From: Acidimicrobiia bacterium
GTDB lineage: Bacteria; Actinomycetota; Acidimicrobiia; Spongiisociales; ZC4RG35
DNA: 64,000 bases
Assembly: GCA_036556085.1 (NCBI GenBank)
Contig: DATBKE010000125.1
Coordinates: forward strand, 33,008-97,007
Direction: 5' to 3'
Shown piece after piece: positions 1-9,262 of the stretch. Each line of letters opens with the position of its first letter. Positions within the stretch are counted from its first letter, which is position 1. A program made the position numbers and the translations under genes. Under the pieces are notes generated by a model. The model was given only the letters and a program-made list of their open reading frames with translations. It was not told the origin of the DNA and searched no databases.

Positions 1-1398
1 TTCGGTGGAGGCGGTGATCAGCTCGTTGCAGGTCATTTGGAAGCAACCATCACCATCGACGGCAAACACCAGGTCCTGGGGAGCTCCGGCCTTGGCCCCG
101 ATCGCGGCGGGAACGGCAAAGCCCATCGTTCCGAGACCCCCGGAGTTGATCCAGCGACGAGGTCGCTCGAAGTGCCAGAACTGGCTCGCCCACATTTGGT
201 GCTGGCCGACCCCGGAGACGATGGTGGCGTCTCCCCCCGTCAACCGGTAGAGCTCCTCGATGGCGAATTGAGGCTTGATCGGCCCATCGGGGCTTTGCTG
301 ATATTGGAGGGGATGTTCTTTTTGCCAACGGGCGAGGACCTCGAGCCAGGCGGAGCGATCCGGTGTCTCCCGCTCACCCCAGGCGGTGACCAGCTGGGAA
401 AGGACTCGCCGGCAGTCGCCCACTATCGGGACTTCGGCGGCGCGGACCTTGCCGATCTCCGCCGGGTCGACGTCGACATGAATCACCTGGGCGTGGGGGG
501 CAAAGGATTTCGGGTTCCCGGTCACCCGGTCGTCGAAGCGCACACCGATCGCGATCAAAAGGTCGGCCTTTTGGATGGCGGTGATGGCGGTATAGGTGCC
601 GTGCATCCCGGGCATCCCCAGGGCGAGCGGATGCGAGTCGGGGAAGGCTCCCCGCCCCATCAAGGTGGTGACGACGGGGACACCGGCCAGCTCGGCAAAC
701 TGGCGCAACTCGACCGAGCCGTTGGCCTTTATCACCCCTCCACCGACATAGAGGACCGGACGCTTGGCCCGACTGATCAATTCGACTGCTTCTTTGATGC
801 GGCGGGGATGTCCCTCCACCGTCGGCCGGTACCCGGGAAGCGACAACTCGCCCGGTTCGCCCCAGGCGGTGGTCTGGTTGAGGATGTCCTTGGGAATGTC
901 AACCAATACCGGCCCCGGTCGGCCGGTGGAGGCAATGTGGAAGGCTTCGTGGATCACCGAGGCGATCTCGCCCGGATCGGTGACGAAGTAGTTGTGTTTT
1001 GTCGCCGGCATGGTGATCCCGGTTGTATATGCCTCCTGGAAGGCGTCGTTGCCGACCGCGGTGGTCGGCACCTGGCCGGTGATGGCTACCAGGGGAACCG
1101 AGTCCATCAGCGCATCGGCCAGCGGGGTGACCAGGTTGGTGGCGCCAGGGCCTGAAGTGGCGATGCAGACTCCGACTTTGCCGGTGGCCCAGGCGTATCC
1201 CTCGGCCATGTGGCCGGCGCCCTGCTCGTGGCGGGCGAGGACATGACGAATTGAGGAATCGAGGAGGGGGTCATAAGCGGGGAGGATTGCCCCGCCGGGC
1301 ACCCCAAAAGCCAGGTCGACCCCTTCATGTTCGAGCGAGGCGATCAGGGCTTGGGCCCCCGTCATTTTCGACGAAGTTTTGTGCGGGTTCTTGGTCAT
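1..1398 (-). CDS. ilvB: acetolactate synthase large subunit (TPP enzyme), 5' portion; gene continues beyond window start
   Basis: Reverse-complement translation from the ATG at 1398 reads [40 protein letters not shown]...[13 protein letters not shown]...GPGATNLVT, the conserved AHAS/IlvB N-terminus. It is absent from the ORF track only because no stop falls inside the window. The + strand ORF 37..1155 is its antisense shadow. Confidence 0.9.
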   Translation of the reverse strand, partial: MTKNPHKTSSKMTGAQALIASLEHEGVDLAFGVPGGAILPAYDPLLDSSIRHVLARHEQGAGHMAEGYAWATGKVGVCIATSGPGATNLVTPLADALMDSVPLVAITGQVPTTAVGNDAFQEAYTTGITMPATKHNYFVTDPGEIASVIHEAFHIASTGRPGPVLVDIPKDILNQTTAWGEPGELSLPGYRPTVEGHPRRIKEAVELISRAKRPVLYVGGGVIKANGSVELRQFAELAGVPVVTTLMGRGAFPDSHPLALGMPGMHGTYTAITAIQKADLLIAIGVRFDDRVTGNPKSFAPHAQVIHVDVDPAEIGKVRAAEVPIVGDCRRVLSQLVTAWGERETPDRSAWLEVLARWQKEHPLQYQQSPDGPIKPQFAIEELYRLTGGDATIVSGVGQHQMWASQFWHFERPRRWINSGGLGTMGFAVPAAIGAKAGAPQDLVFAVDGDGCFQMTCNELITASTE

Positions 1399-1427
1399 GG
1401 GGTCCTCTTGGTTGGGTTTTGCAGGGA

Positions 1428-1458
1428 AACAAAAACCCTCCCGGTGGGGAGGGTCGTA
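1428..1458 (-). terminator. intrinsic terminator (attenuator) in the ilvB leader
   Basis: Minus strand reads CCCTCCC-cacc-GGGAGGG followed by TTTTTGTTTCC. It lies between the promoter and the ilvB start codon, so by position it is an attenuator rather than a terminator of an upstream gene. Confidence 0.5.
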
Positions 1459-1490
1459 GGGGCGCACACGCCAGAGTTAGGGCGTATGCG

Positions 1491-1520
1491 CTACGGAAGT
1501 ACGAGGATCTGGTAGGTCAT
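1491..1520 (-). CDS. candidate ilv leader peptide MTYQILVLP (9 aa)
   Basis: The rc of 1491..1520 is ATGACCTACCAGATCCTCGTACTTCCGTAG. It has four consecutive branched-chain codons (Ile-Leu-Val-Leu), lies between a TATAAT -10 box and a hairpin+U-run terminator, and is directly upstream of ilvB. Confidence 0.4.
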   Translation of the reverse strand: MTYQILVLP

Positions 1521-1531
1521 CTTTCGACACC

Positions 1532-1537
1532 ATTATA
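1532..1537 (-). promoter_or_regulatory. -10 box TATAAT of ilvB leader promoter
   Basis: Perfect TATAAT on the minus strand, 12 nt upstream of the leader-peptide ATG. A TTGGCG -35-like hexamer sits at 1554..1559 with a 16-nt spacer. Confidence 0.35.
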
Positions 1538-1545
1538 TCGAGACA

Positions 1546-2727
1546 GTGTCGGCCGCCAACTTTTTCAACCCCGCTCTGCTCGGCGATGCCCTGGCGGCGG
1601 CGAGAATCGCGTTGAGGCGGCTCGACGAGGAGGAGATTCCGGCCCGCGTCAGGGTGGTGGCGAAGAGATCGGGAAAGCTCCCTGCCCCGCTGGCATCGAG
1701 TCTCATCGCCGAGCTCGACCGGAACGAGTGGCTGCGGGAAATCGCTCTCGAGGAGCTGGGCGAGGGTGATGATGCCGGGTCAGAAACGGCATCAGTCGAG
1801 TTCCTGCGAAGGGAACCGGGATGGGAAGAGCGCCTGACGGACCTGGCCGGAAGAGCTGAGTCCACCCTCGCCGAAAGATCTCACCGCCAGATCTCCGAGG
1901 AGCTCGCCGCGGCCAAAGAGGAAATCCAATCCCTGCGGCGTCAACTCCGCAAGAGCCGGCAGACCGGACAGGTTCCGACCAAGAAGGCGGAATCCACCAA
2001 GCGGGAGCTCGACCTCAGCAAGCTGCGAGCCACCTTGAGCTCTGCCCAAAAGGACCTGGACGCATCCGAGGCAGCTCGAGGAGAGCTGATGTCCGAAGTG
2101 GCGCGCTTAGGACAGCGCCTCGAAACTGTGCTCCGTCGCCGGACCGCCAGGTCGGCTCCCCAGCCGGCGCCCGCCCCCGGGATGCGGCGCGGGCCGCTCG
2201 ACCTGGCACGTGACCTTGACGCTCGATTGCAGGCTTTGTCGATGGCTCCGGCCGGGTTCACAACGGCACCGCCTGCACCGGTGAAGGACTCCGGCGGGCC
2301 GCCATCGATTCCGGTCGGAGTCCGCCCCGACACTCCCGCCGCCATCGAGTGGCTCTTGTCGTATCCGGGACCGATGACGGTGGCGGTTGATGGTTGGAAT
2401 CTTGCCTTCCAGCTCAAGAACCCACCGGGTCGGAAGGAACGCAGCCAGGTCGAAGCCGGCGTCGGGCGGCTTTCTCACCGCTCGGCGGGGAAGAGAAAGC
2501 TCTTGGTTCTCTTCGACTCCCGCTTCGATGTGGCCGGCACCTATCGGGGAACGCATCCTCAAGTCGAGGTGCGGTTTCCCGCCTCGGCCGACGAGGCTTT
2601 GATAGAGCTGGCGGGGAAGGAGCCGTCGCTGGTGGTCATCACTTCGGATCGGCGGGTGCGCGAGGAGGCGGGTCGCGCCGGCGCGATCGCGCTCTGGGGC
2701 GAAGCACTGGTCGACTGGCTCAAATGA
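1546..2727 (+). CDS. NYN/PIN-like (YacP-type) domain protein with a long coiled-coil N-terminal region
   Basis: 393-aa ORF. The C-terminal ~130 aa (VAVDGWNLAF...LLVLFDSRFD...VEVRFP...ADEALIEL...VVITSDRRVRE) resembles the NYN RNase fold. The N-terminal 250 aa is charged, heptad-like and Ala/Pro-rich. Start is uncertain. Confidence 0.55.
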   Translation: MSAANFFNPALLGDALAAARIALRRLDEEEIPARVRVVAKRSGKLPAPLASSLIAELDRNEWLREIALEELGEGDDAGSETASVEFLRREPGWEERLTDLAGRAESTLAERSHRQISEELAAAKEEIQSLRRQLRKSRQTGQVPTKKAESTKRELDLSKLRATLSSAQKDLDASEAARGELMSEVARLGQRLETVLRRRTARSAPQPAPAPGMRRGPLDLARDLDARLQALSMAPAGFTTAPPAPVKDSGGPPSIPVGVRPDTPAAIEWLLSYPGPMTVAVDGWNLAFQLKNPPGRKERSQVEAGVGRLSHRSAGKRKLLVLFDSRFDVAGTYRGTHPQVEVRFPASADEALIELAGKEPSLVVITSDRRVREEAGRAGAIALWGEALVDWLK

Positions 2728-3938
2728 AGGTCTTGATTGCCGGCAGCGGCTTCTCGGGATCGATGGTGGCCCGGGGGCTGGCCCGAAAGTCGGGCGTCGA
2801 AGTGATAATCGTCAACGCCGACAATTTTCTGCTTTTCACTCCCATGCTGGCCGAGGCCGCGGTGGGCGACGTCGATCCCCGCCACATCATCGCTCCAATC
2901 CGCCAGCTCGCCCCTGGCGCCGAATTGGTTCAAGGGATTATCGAGTCCATCGATGCCGAGCGGCGCATGGTCGTCGTCAATCGTCTCTTCGGTGAAGTTA
3001 CCGAGTCCATCAGCGCCGACGTCTTGGTTCTGGCATTGGGTTCGGTCAGCAATACCTACGGGGTGGTGGGAGCCGACCAACACGCCCTCCCCTTCAAGAC
3101 CATCGTCGATGCACTGCGGATCCGAAATCGCATCCTGGCCAAGATGGAGGCCGAGGGGAGCGTGTCGGTGGCTGTGGTCGGAGCCGGATTCTCCGGAGCG
3201 GAGTTGACCGCGGCGCTGGCCGACTTCCTTCGCGAGGTGCATCAGCGCTTCTACCGTGCGGGAGCCCCTCCCCGGGTCACCCTCGTGGATGCGGTCGATC
3301 GGGTCACTCCCGCTCTCACTTCTTCGCTCTCGAGGTCAGCGGCCAGGGCACTCGCCAAGCGCGATGTTCGGCTCGTACTCGGATCTGCAGTGACCGCGGT
3401 GAGCACCGAAGGCGTTCAGCTCCAAAGTGGCGAGTTTGTCGAGGCGGGAACCGTGATCTGGGCGGCGGGGATCAAACCGCATCCCCTCTTGGCTCGAACC
3501 GGGCTTGAGACCAATGGCGACAAGATCCCAGTTGACCGGCATTTTCGCTCGGCACGAGAAGGCGTCTATGCGGTGGGTGACGCCGCCCTCTCGCCCACCG
3601 GTGACGGTGGATTCTCGCCCCCCACCGCCCAGTTCGCCCTCCGTCAGGGGAGGTATCTGGGAAGGAATCTCGATGTCATCCAAACCGGTGGGACCGTGGA
3701 GCCGTTTTCCTACCAAACCAAGGGCGAGCTGGTTTCGCTCGGTCATCGCAATGCTGTCGGGAGGGTGCTGGGGATCCCGGTCTCGGGGCTGATTGGCTGG
3801 TTCCTCTGGCGGAGCTACTACTTGCTGCAATTGCCCACCACTCTGCGCAAGGCCCGTGTAGCCGCCGACTGGACCCTCGACCTCTTCTTCCCCCCCGACA
3901 TCGCCTGGCTCCCCAGCTCCGACCTCGGCCCCCTTTAG
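2724..3938 (+). CDS. ndh: FAD/NAD(P)-binding oxidoreductase, type II NADH dehydrogenase (NDH-2)-like
   Basis: MKVLIAGSGFSG Rossmann start, a second GAGFSG dinucleotide motif, a GDAA motif, and a C-terminal membrane-anchoring segment. ATGA overlap with the upstream ORF. The longer frame from 2394 is an N-terminal artefact. Confidence 0.75.
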   Translation: MKVLIAGSGFSGSMVARGLARKSGVEVIIVNADNFLLFTPMLAEAAVGDVDPRHIIAPIRQLAPGAELVQGIIESIDAERRMVVVNRLFGEVTESISADVLVLALGSVSNTYGVVGADQHALPFKTIVDALRIRNRILAKMEAEGSVSVAVVGAGFSGAELTAALADFLREVHQRFYRAGAPPRVTLVDAVDRVTPALTSSLSRSAARALAKRDVRLVLGSAVTAVSTEGVQLQSGEFVEAGTVIWAAGIKPHPLLARTGLETNGDKIPVDRHFRSAREGVYAVGDAALSPTGDGGFSPPTAQFALRQGRYLGRNLDVIQTGGTVEPFSYQTKGELVSLGHRNAVGRVLGIPVSGLIGWFLWRSYYLLQLPTTLRKARVAADWTLDLFFPPDIAWLPSSDLGPL

Positions 3939-3990
3939 GAAACCTAAGGCTTCAGCATGCGGAATCCGCATGTTTCTGCATTAGGAATGA
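3937..3990. repeat. palindromic intergenic element, copy 1 (AAACCTAAGG...GCATGCGGAATCCGCATG...TTAGG)
   Basis: 17-bp near-perfect palindrome CATGCGGAATCCGCATG flanked by AAACCTAAGG and TTAGG. A second copy of the same architecture is at 59105..59163. Confidence 0.5.
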
Positions 3991-4036
3991 CGTCAGCCAC
4001 CGATTTCTTGTCCCACCCCTCCCGTATGTTCGGGCG

Positions 4037-4240
4037 ATGCATATCGACTGTGACATCTGCGTAGCAAGGGACACCGACGCCTGCGACGACTGCGTCGTCA
4101 CGTTCCTCCTCAACACCCCCCGGCCCTTCGACTTGGAAGACGAGGAGATCGAAGCCCTCGAGATTCTCGCCGAGCAGGGGCTCGTGCCCCGGTTGCGACT
4201 GCGAGTGGCTCCCTCCGGTCCACTATCGGAAACGGGCTAG
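4037..4240 (+). CDS. small Cys4 (CxxC...CxxC) hypothetical protein
   Basis: 67-aa ORF with high GC3 and two CxxC pairs (CDIC...CDDC), followed by an acidic tail. Sits directly upstream of queG. Confidence 0.4.
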   Translation: MHIDCDICVARDTDACDDCVVTFLLNTPRPFDLEDEEIEALEILAEQGLVPRLRLRVAPSGPLSETG

Positions 4241-4255
4241 CAAGAATGGTCCGCC

Positions 4256-5347
4256 ATGGTCCTTCGGGAGCGGTTGCTCGAAGTCGGGAGCCAAGCAGGA
4301 TTGGCGCGGATCGGGTTCAGCTCTGCCGAACCGTTTCCCGAGGTACGCGACGAATTGAAGTTCCGGCGGCAAAGCGGTGCCTCCGGCCGCCTCGGTTTCA
4401 CCTTTAACGATCCCGAGCTCGCCACCACGCCCCGGCTCTCGTTTCCATGGGCGGAGACGATCGTGGTCGGGGCCTATCCATACGCCCCCGCTCGATCATC
4501 ACAGCCGGTTCCGGGAACGACCCGGGTCTCGGCCGCGGCCCGCCCTCCTGGATACGCGCCGATTCGAGAGGCGCTCATGCAGGTGGCGGAGACCCTGACG
4601 AGCGAGGGCTATCGGGCCGAAGTGCTGGTGGACGACAATCGTCTCGTCGACCGGGCGGTGGCGGTTCGAGCCGGGCTCGGCTGGTGGGGGAAGAACACGA
4701 TGGTCCTGGCGCCGGGCCTGGGTCCGTGGTTTCTCCTCGGTTCCGTCGTCACCGACGCCCCCATTGCCCCCGATCAGCCTATGAGTCGAGATTGCGGGAG
4801 CTGCTCGGCGTGCATTCCGGCCTGCCCGACCGGAGCGCTGGTGGCCCCCGGCGTTCTCGACGCCCGCCGTTGCCTGGCCGCTTGGGCCCAGACTCCCGGC
4901 GTCGTGCCGGGGGAGTTCCGAGAAGCGATGGGGGATCGCATTTACGGATGCGATGACTGCCTCGAGGCTTGCCCGCCGGGTCATCGTACGGCAGCAACGT
5001 CGGAGGGGAATCGTTTCCCGATCGATGAGGTTCTGTCCGTTTCCGACCAGAGGTTGCTCGACCTGTTCGGGCACTGGTTCATACCCGACCGCGATCCCCG
5101 GATCATCAGGCGGAACGCATTGATTGCGGCTGGCAACTCGGGTTTGGAGTCTCTCGCCCGGGTGGTCGCCCCCTACGCCGGCCATCCCGATTGGCTGCTC
5201 CGCGTTCACGCCGTCTGGGCCCTGGCTCGCCTGGGCGGCCCGATGGCAGAGGCCGTGATCGCTGATCGAGTGCTGGCTGAGTCAGACCACCGAGTGCGGC
5301 CCGAGCTGGAGACAGCCGCGATGACCGCTCATGCGTCGGCAGGCTGA
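4256..5347 (+). CDS. queG: epoxyqueuosine reductase
   Basis: GWWGKNTMVL motif, two 4Fe-4S ferredoxin Cys clusters (CGSCSACIPACP, CDDCLEACP) and a C-terminal HEAT-like repeat region. Confidence 0.85.
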   Translation: MVLRERLLEVGSQAGLARIGFSSAEPFPEVRDELKFRRQSGASGRLGFTFNDPELATTPRLSFPWAETIVVGAYPYAPARSSQPVPGTTRVSAAARPPGYAPIREALMQVAETLTSEGYRAEVLVDDNRLVDRAVAVRAGLGWWGKNTMVLAPGLGPWFLLGSVVTDAPIAPDQPMSRDCGSCSACIPACPTGALVAPGVLDARRCLAAWAQTPGVVPGEFREAMGDRIYGCDDCLEACPPGHRTAATSEGNRFPIDEVLSVSDQRLLDLFGHWFIPDRDPRIIRRNALIAAGNSGLESLARVVAPYAGHPDWLLRVHAVWALARLGGPMAEAVIADRVLAESDHRVRPELETAAMTAHASAG

Positions 5348-7461
5348 GTAATTGCACCCATCGGGAAATAGGCCAGCTGTGAGTATTCGGCGACCATGCG
5401 GTGGCTCGAGAACGCCACCAGCGTCGACATGACGGCCTCTCGCATCATCTCCACCCAACCCACCGGCATCCCCTCCTCGTCACGGTCGTAGAAGAGGGGG
5501 GTGACTTCCTCCTCCAGCAGCCGGTACAGGGCCTCGGCGTCATCGCGGTCTTCGCGGCCGTGGTCGTCGTCGCCGGCGGGTGATCCGAAAGCCCAACCGT
5601 TGCGACCGTTGAATCCTTCCACCCACCAACCATCGAGGACAGAGAGATTGAGGGTGCCATTGATGGCGGCCTTCATCCCCGACGTCCCCGACGCCTCCAT
5701 CGGCGGGCGAGGATTGTTGACCCAGACGTCGCATCCCTGAACCATGAAACGGGCCATCCGGGCGTCGTAGTCCTCCAAGACGAATACGTGTCCGCGGAGC
5801 TCCGGCAGCTTCGAGAGCTCGACGATTCGTTTGATGAAATCCTGTCCCTGGCGGTCGGCGGGGTGGGCCTTGCCGGCAAAGACCACCTGCACCGGCCGCT
5901 CGGCATTGGTGACCAGAGCCTGGAATCGATCCAGGTCGTCGAACATGAGCGTGGCTCGTTTGTAGGTAGCGAAGCGACGGGCGAAGCCGAGGGTGAGACA
6001 GTCGTTGGGCAGCATCGTTTCCACCTCGCGGAGTTCTTCCGGAGAGGCGCCGTGGCGGGCGAACTGCCGGCGCAGGCGACCGCGGGCGAAGGTGGTGAAG
6101 ATCTCCTTTCGCTGCTGATGATTGGCCCAGATGTCGGCGAGGGTGAGGGCGGCCAGATGCTGGGGGCCCTCGGGATCGAGGAGAAGATCCGATGGCCAAT
6201 TGGTCCCGAACGTCTCGGAGAGGATGCGGCCGGCATCACGTCCGATCCACGAGGGAGTGTGGACCCCATTCGTAACGGCCGCGGCCGGACCGCCGATGAG
6301 GTATTCCCAGTCGCGGGTTGCTACCTCAGCATGTCGCTTGCTGACTCCGTTGACGATTGAGGACATCTGGATAGCGAAGGCGCCCAGATCGAAGGTGGCA
6401 TGGTCGCGGGCCACACCGAGCTCGGAAAGGTCGCTGGTTCCGTTCTCCATTTCGGTGATGAGCGGACGCAGGTAGTGATCGGCGATACCGCGTTCGAAAA
6501 CCTCGTTGCCGGCAGGTACCGGGGTGTGGAGGGTGAACACGGTCTGCTGTTTGATTGACTTCATCGCCGTGGCCAGGTCGGCGCCGCCAGCGATGCGCTC
6601 TCGAGCCAACTCGAGCAAAGCGAGGGCGGCATGACCCTCGTTGATGTGCCACACGGCCGGCTTGATGCCGAGAGCCTCGAGCGCTCGCACTCCTCCGATC
6701 CCGAGGATCATCTCCTGACAGAACCGCATCGCCCGCCCCCGGACGTACAACGTGTGAGTGATGGGACGGTCACTGACGTCGTTCTCATCGATGTCGGTGT
6801 CGAGCAGCAGGAGAGGTACCCGACCGACGTCGAGCTTCCACACCGCCACCTTGACCGGGCCGTGGGGGAACTCCACCTCTACCTTGAGCTGTCCTCCGGT
6901 GGCCGAGGCGACCGGCCGAACTGGCAGCCGCCGGACGTCGAGGGAGGGATAGATGTGCTGCTGTTCGCCTTCGGCCTCGATCTCCTGACGAAAGTAGCCC
7001 CGGCGAAACAAGAGGCCCACCGCCACTAGCGGGAGGCCGAGGTCGGAGGCGGACTTGAGGTGGTCTCCGGCGAGGATGCCGAGCCCGCCGGAGTAAAAGG
7101 GAACCGAAGCATGGATGCCGAACTCGGTGCAGAGATACGCGATCGGCCCCGACAGCTTCTGCTCTTGCCGCTCATACCAGCTGTCCTCCGCCGACAAGTA
7201 TTGATCGAAGTCGGAGAGAGCTGCCTGGTATCGCTCCTGGACGGCCTCAACCTGATTGATCACCTGCCAGTGTCCGGGGGCGATGGACTCCAATAGGTCG
7301 ATGGGATTGTGGGTGTTATCCCAGGCCACAGGGTCGAGGTTCGACCAGAGGCTGGTGCCGGTGTAGTTCCACGACCACCAGAGGTTGTAGGCCAACTCCA
7401 CCGTTCGGGCATAGGCCGAGGGGATGGCGAACTCGACCTGCGGCAGGGTGGGGATATTCAC
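5329..7461 (-). CDS. glgP: alpha-glucan (glycogen/maltodextrin) phosphorylase, GT35 family
   Basis: 710 aa with LHTPVPAGNE and the PLP-site GTSGMKAAINGTLNLSVLDGWW. Convergent 19-bp overlap with queG. Confidence 0.85.
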   Translation of the reverse strand: MNIPTLPQVEFAIPSAYARTVELAYNLWWSWNYTGTSLWSNLDPVAWDNTHNPIDLLESIAPGHWQVINQVEAVQERYQAALSDFDQYLSAEDSWYERQEQKLSGPIAYLCTEFGIHASVPFYSGGLGILAGDHLKSASDLGLPLVAVGLLFRRGYFRQEIEAEGEQQHIYPSLDVRRLPVRPVASATGGQLKVEVEFPHGPVKVAVWKLDVGRVPLLLLDTDIDENDVSDRPITHTLYVRGRAMRFCQEMILGIGGVRALEALGIKPAVWHINEGHAALALLELARERIAGGADLATAMKSIKQQTVFTLHTPVPAGNEVFERGIADHYLRPLITEMENGTSDLSELGVARDHATFDLGAFAIQMSSIVNGVSKRHAEVATRDWEYLIGGPAAAVTNGVHTPSWIGRDAGRILSETFGTNWPSDLLLDPEGPQHLAALTLADIWANHQQRKEIFTTFARGRLRRQFARHGASPEELREVETMLPNDCLTLGFARRFATYKRATLMFDDLDRFQALVTNAERPVQVVFAGKAHPADRQGQDFIKRIVELSKLPELRGHVFVLEDYDARMARFMVQGCDVWVNNPRPPMEASGTSGMKAAINGTLNLSVLDGWWVEGFNGRNGWAFGSPAGDDDHGREDRDDAEALYRLLEEEVTPLFYDRDEEGMPVGWVEMMREAVMSTLVAFSSHRMVAEYSQLAYFPMGAITQPADA

Positions 7462-7531
7462 CTAGAAAAGATACCCGGCGGTCCCTCCGGGAAGGGAAAC
7501 CGCACCGGCGCCGGGGCGTAGGATCGAAGGA

Positions 7532-9205
7532 ATGAGCCCCAAGATCCACTCCCAGGACGTAACCGAGGGCCCGGCCAAAGCCGGCGCCCGGGCCATGCTT
7601 CGCGCCGTTGGATTGACCGACGAGGACTTCGACAAGCCGCAGATCGGTCTCGTCTCGGCCGGCAATGAGGTGACCCCATGCAACCTCTCGGGCCCGAGAC
7701 TATGCGCCGCGGCGAAGGTAGGAGTGAGGGAAGCGGGGGGAGTGGGTTTGATTTTCACGACCATCGCCGTTTCCGACGGGATCTCGATGGGTCACGAAGG
7801 GATGCGCTCCTCCCTCGTCAGCCGGGAGGTCATCGCCGATTCGGTGGAGCTGGTGATGCACGGCGAGCGTTTCGATGGCATGGTCTCCATCGCCGGTTGC
7901 GACAAATCCCTGCCGGGGATGCTCATGGCCGCTGCTCGCACCAACCTTCCCTCGGTCTTTCTCTACGGCGGATCATCTCGACCGGGTCGCCACCGCGACC
8001 GTGATATCTCGATCGTCGATGTCTTCCAAGCAATCGGAGCCCACTCGATCGGAGAGATCGATCTCGAGGAGCTCGGTGAGATCGAGCGGCACGCCTGCCC
8101 TGGGATCGGTTCCTGCGCTGGGATGTTCACGGCCAACACCATGGCTTCGGTGGGGGAGGCAATCGGGATGTCGCTTCCCGGCTCGGCCGCGGTTCCCGCC
8201 GATGACAGCCGCCTCGACGACTATGCCCGTCGATCGGGGGAAGCAGTGATGTCGCTCCTCGAAGCCAACGTCCGACCCCGCCAAATCATGACCCGGCCCG
8301 CGTTCGAGAACGCCATCACCGCGGTGATGGCTCTGGGCGGAAGCACCAACGCAGTGCTCCATCTACTCGCTATTGCCCATGAAGCAGGTGTAGAGCTCGA
8401 CCTCGAGGACTTCGACCGCATCTCCCGACACACCCCCCATATCGGAGACCTCAAGCCTTTCGGACTCTTCCACATGGTGGACCTCGACCGCATCGGGGGA
8501 GTGCCGGTGGTGCTGAGGGCATTGCTCGACGAGGGTTTGATCGAAGGCGAGGTGTTGACCGTTACCGGGAAGACGATGGCCGAGAATTTGGCCGGGATCA
8601 CATTTCCCGAAGATCAGGTGGTAATTCGACCTCTCACCTCTCCGATCGCAGCGGAAGGCGGCATCGTCATTCTGCGCGGAAACCTTGCTCCGGGTGGCGC
8701 CGTCGTCAAGACGGCTGGCATCTCCTTCGACGTCTTCGAAGGCCCGGCCCGGGTGTTCGATGGCGAACAGCTGGCTCTCGATGCTCTGTTTGAGCATCGG
8801 TTGCGCAAAGGGGATGTCGTCGTCATTCGCACCGAGGGACCACGGGGTGGTCCGGGGATGCGAGAGATGCTCCAGATCACTGGTGCGATCAAGGGTGCCG
8901 GCCTCGGACAGGACGTTTTACTGGTGACCGACGGCAGGTTCTCAGGTGGCACGACCGGCCTCTGCATCGGCCATGTCGCCCCCGAATCCGAAGTTGGTGG
9001 ACCGCTCGGTCTGGTGGCCGAGGGCGATCGCATCCGGGTCGATATCAGCCAGCGTCGCCTGGACCTCCTGGTCGACGACACCACTTTGGATGAGCGACGG
9101 GCGGGCTGGAAACCCCACCCACCTCGCTACCCGACCGGGGTCCTCGCCAAATATGCCCGTCTGGTCGGTTCGGCCGAAACGGGGGCCGTCACCGGCGAGA
9201 CCTGA
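7532..9205 (+). CDS. ilvD: dihydroxy-acid dehydratase
   Basis: 557 aa; GCDKSLPG and [16 protein letters not shown] Fe-S cluster motifs; colinear with IlvD over the full length. Confidence 0.95.
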   Translation: MSPKIHSQDVTEGPAKAGARAMLRAVGLTDEDFDKPQIGLVSAGNEVTPCNLSGPRLCAAAKVGVREAGGVGLIFTTIAVSDGISMGHEGMRSSLVSREVIADSVELVMHGERFDGMVSIAGCDKSLPGMLMAAARTNLPSVFLYGGSSRPGRHRDRDISIVDVFQAIGAHSIGEIDLEELGEIERHACPGIGSCAGMFTANTMASVGEAIGMSLPGSAAVPADDSRLDDYARRSGEAVMSLLEANVRPRQIMTRPAFENAITAVMALGGSTNAVLHLLAIAHEAGVELDLEDFDRISRHTPHIGDLKPFGLFHMVDLDRIGGVPVVLRALLDEGLIEGEVLTVTGKTMAENLAGITFPEDQVVIRPLTSPIAAEGGIVILRGNLAPGGAVVKTAGISFDVFEGPARVFDGEQLALDALFEHRLRKGDVVVIRTEGPRGGPGMREMLQITGAIKGAGLGQDVLLVTDGRFSGGTTGLCIGHVAPESEVGGPLGLVAEGDRIRVDISQRRLDLLVDDTTLDERRAGWKPHPPRYPTGVLAKYARLVGSAETGAVTGET

Positions 9206-9207
9206 TC

Positions 9208-9251
9208 CTTGCGTAAATCCGGGGCATTTTCCTCCGCCGGATTTACGCAAG
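9208..9251. terminator. perfect 15-bp inverted repeat hairpin 3 bp after the ilvD stop
   Basis: CTTGCGTAAATCCGG (9208-9222) / CCGGATTTACGCAAG (9237-9251) with a 14-nt loop and no U-tract. Likely a U-less actinobacterial terminator; a protein binding site is an alternative. Confidence 0.45.
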
Positions 9252-9262
9252 AATGAACGGCA

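Noticed and set aside
37-1155. 372-aa + strand ORF
   Set aside because: Exactly antisense to ilvB, whose reverse-complement translation matches the conserved AHAS N-terminus. High-GC antisense open frame with Gly/Arg/Pro-rich junk composition.
2394-2723. N-terminal extensions of the track ORFs
   Set aside because: Applies to ndh (2394), murD (38454), ftsW (39524), murG (40912), fabD (18531), fabF (21637), ltaE (17479), HAD (to 60117) and others. The upstream in-frame parts overlap the preceding gene. Family-conserved N-termini and start/stop overlaps (ATGA/GTGA) place the real starts downstream.
9223-9262. GGAGGaaaATG on the minus strand inside the ilvD hairpin loop, giving a 12-aa ORF
   Set aside because: Tiny ORF that runs into the ilvD stop region; SD+ATG is most likely coincidental within the palindrome.
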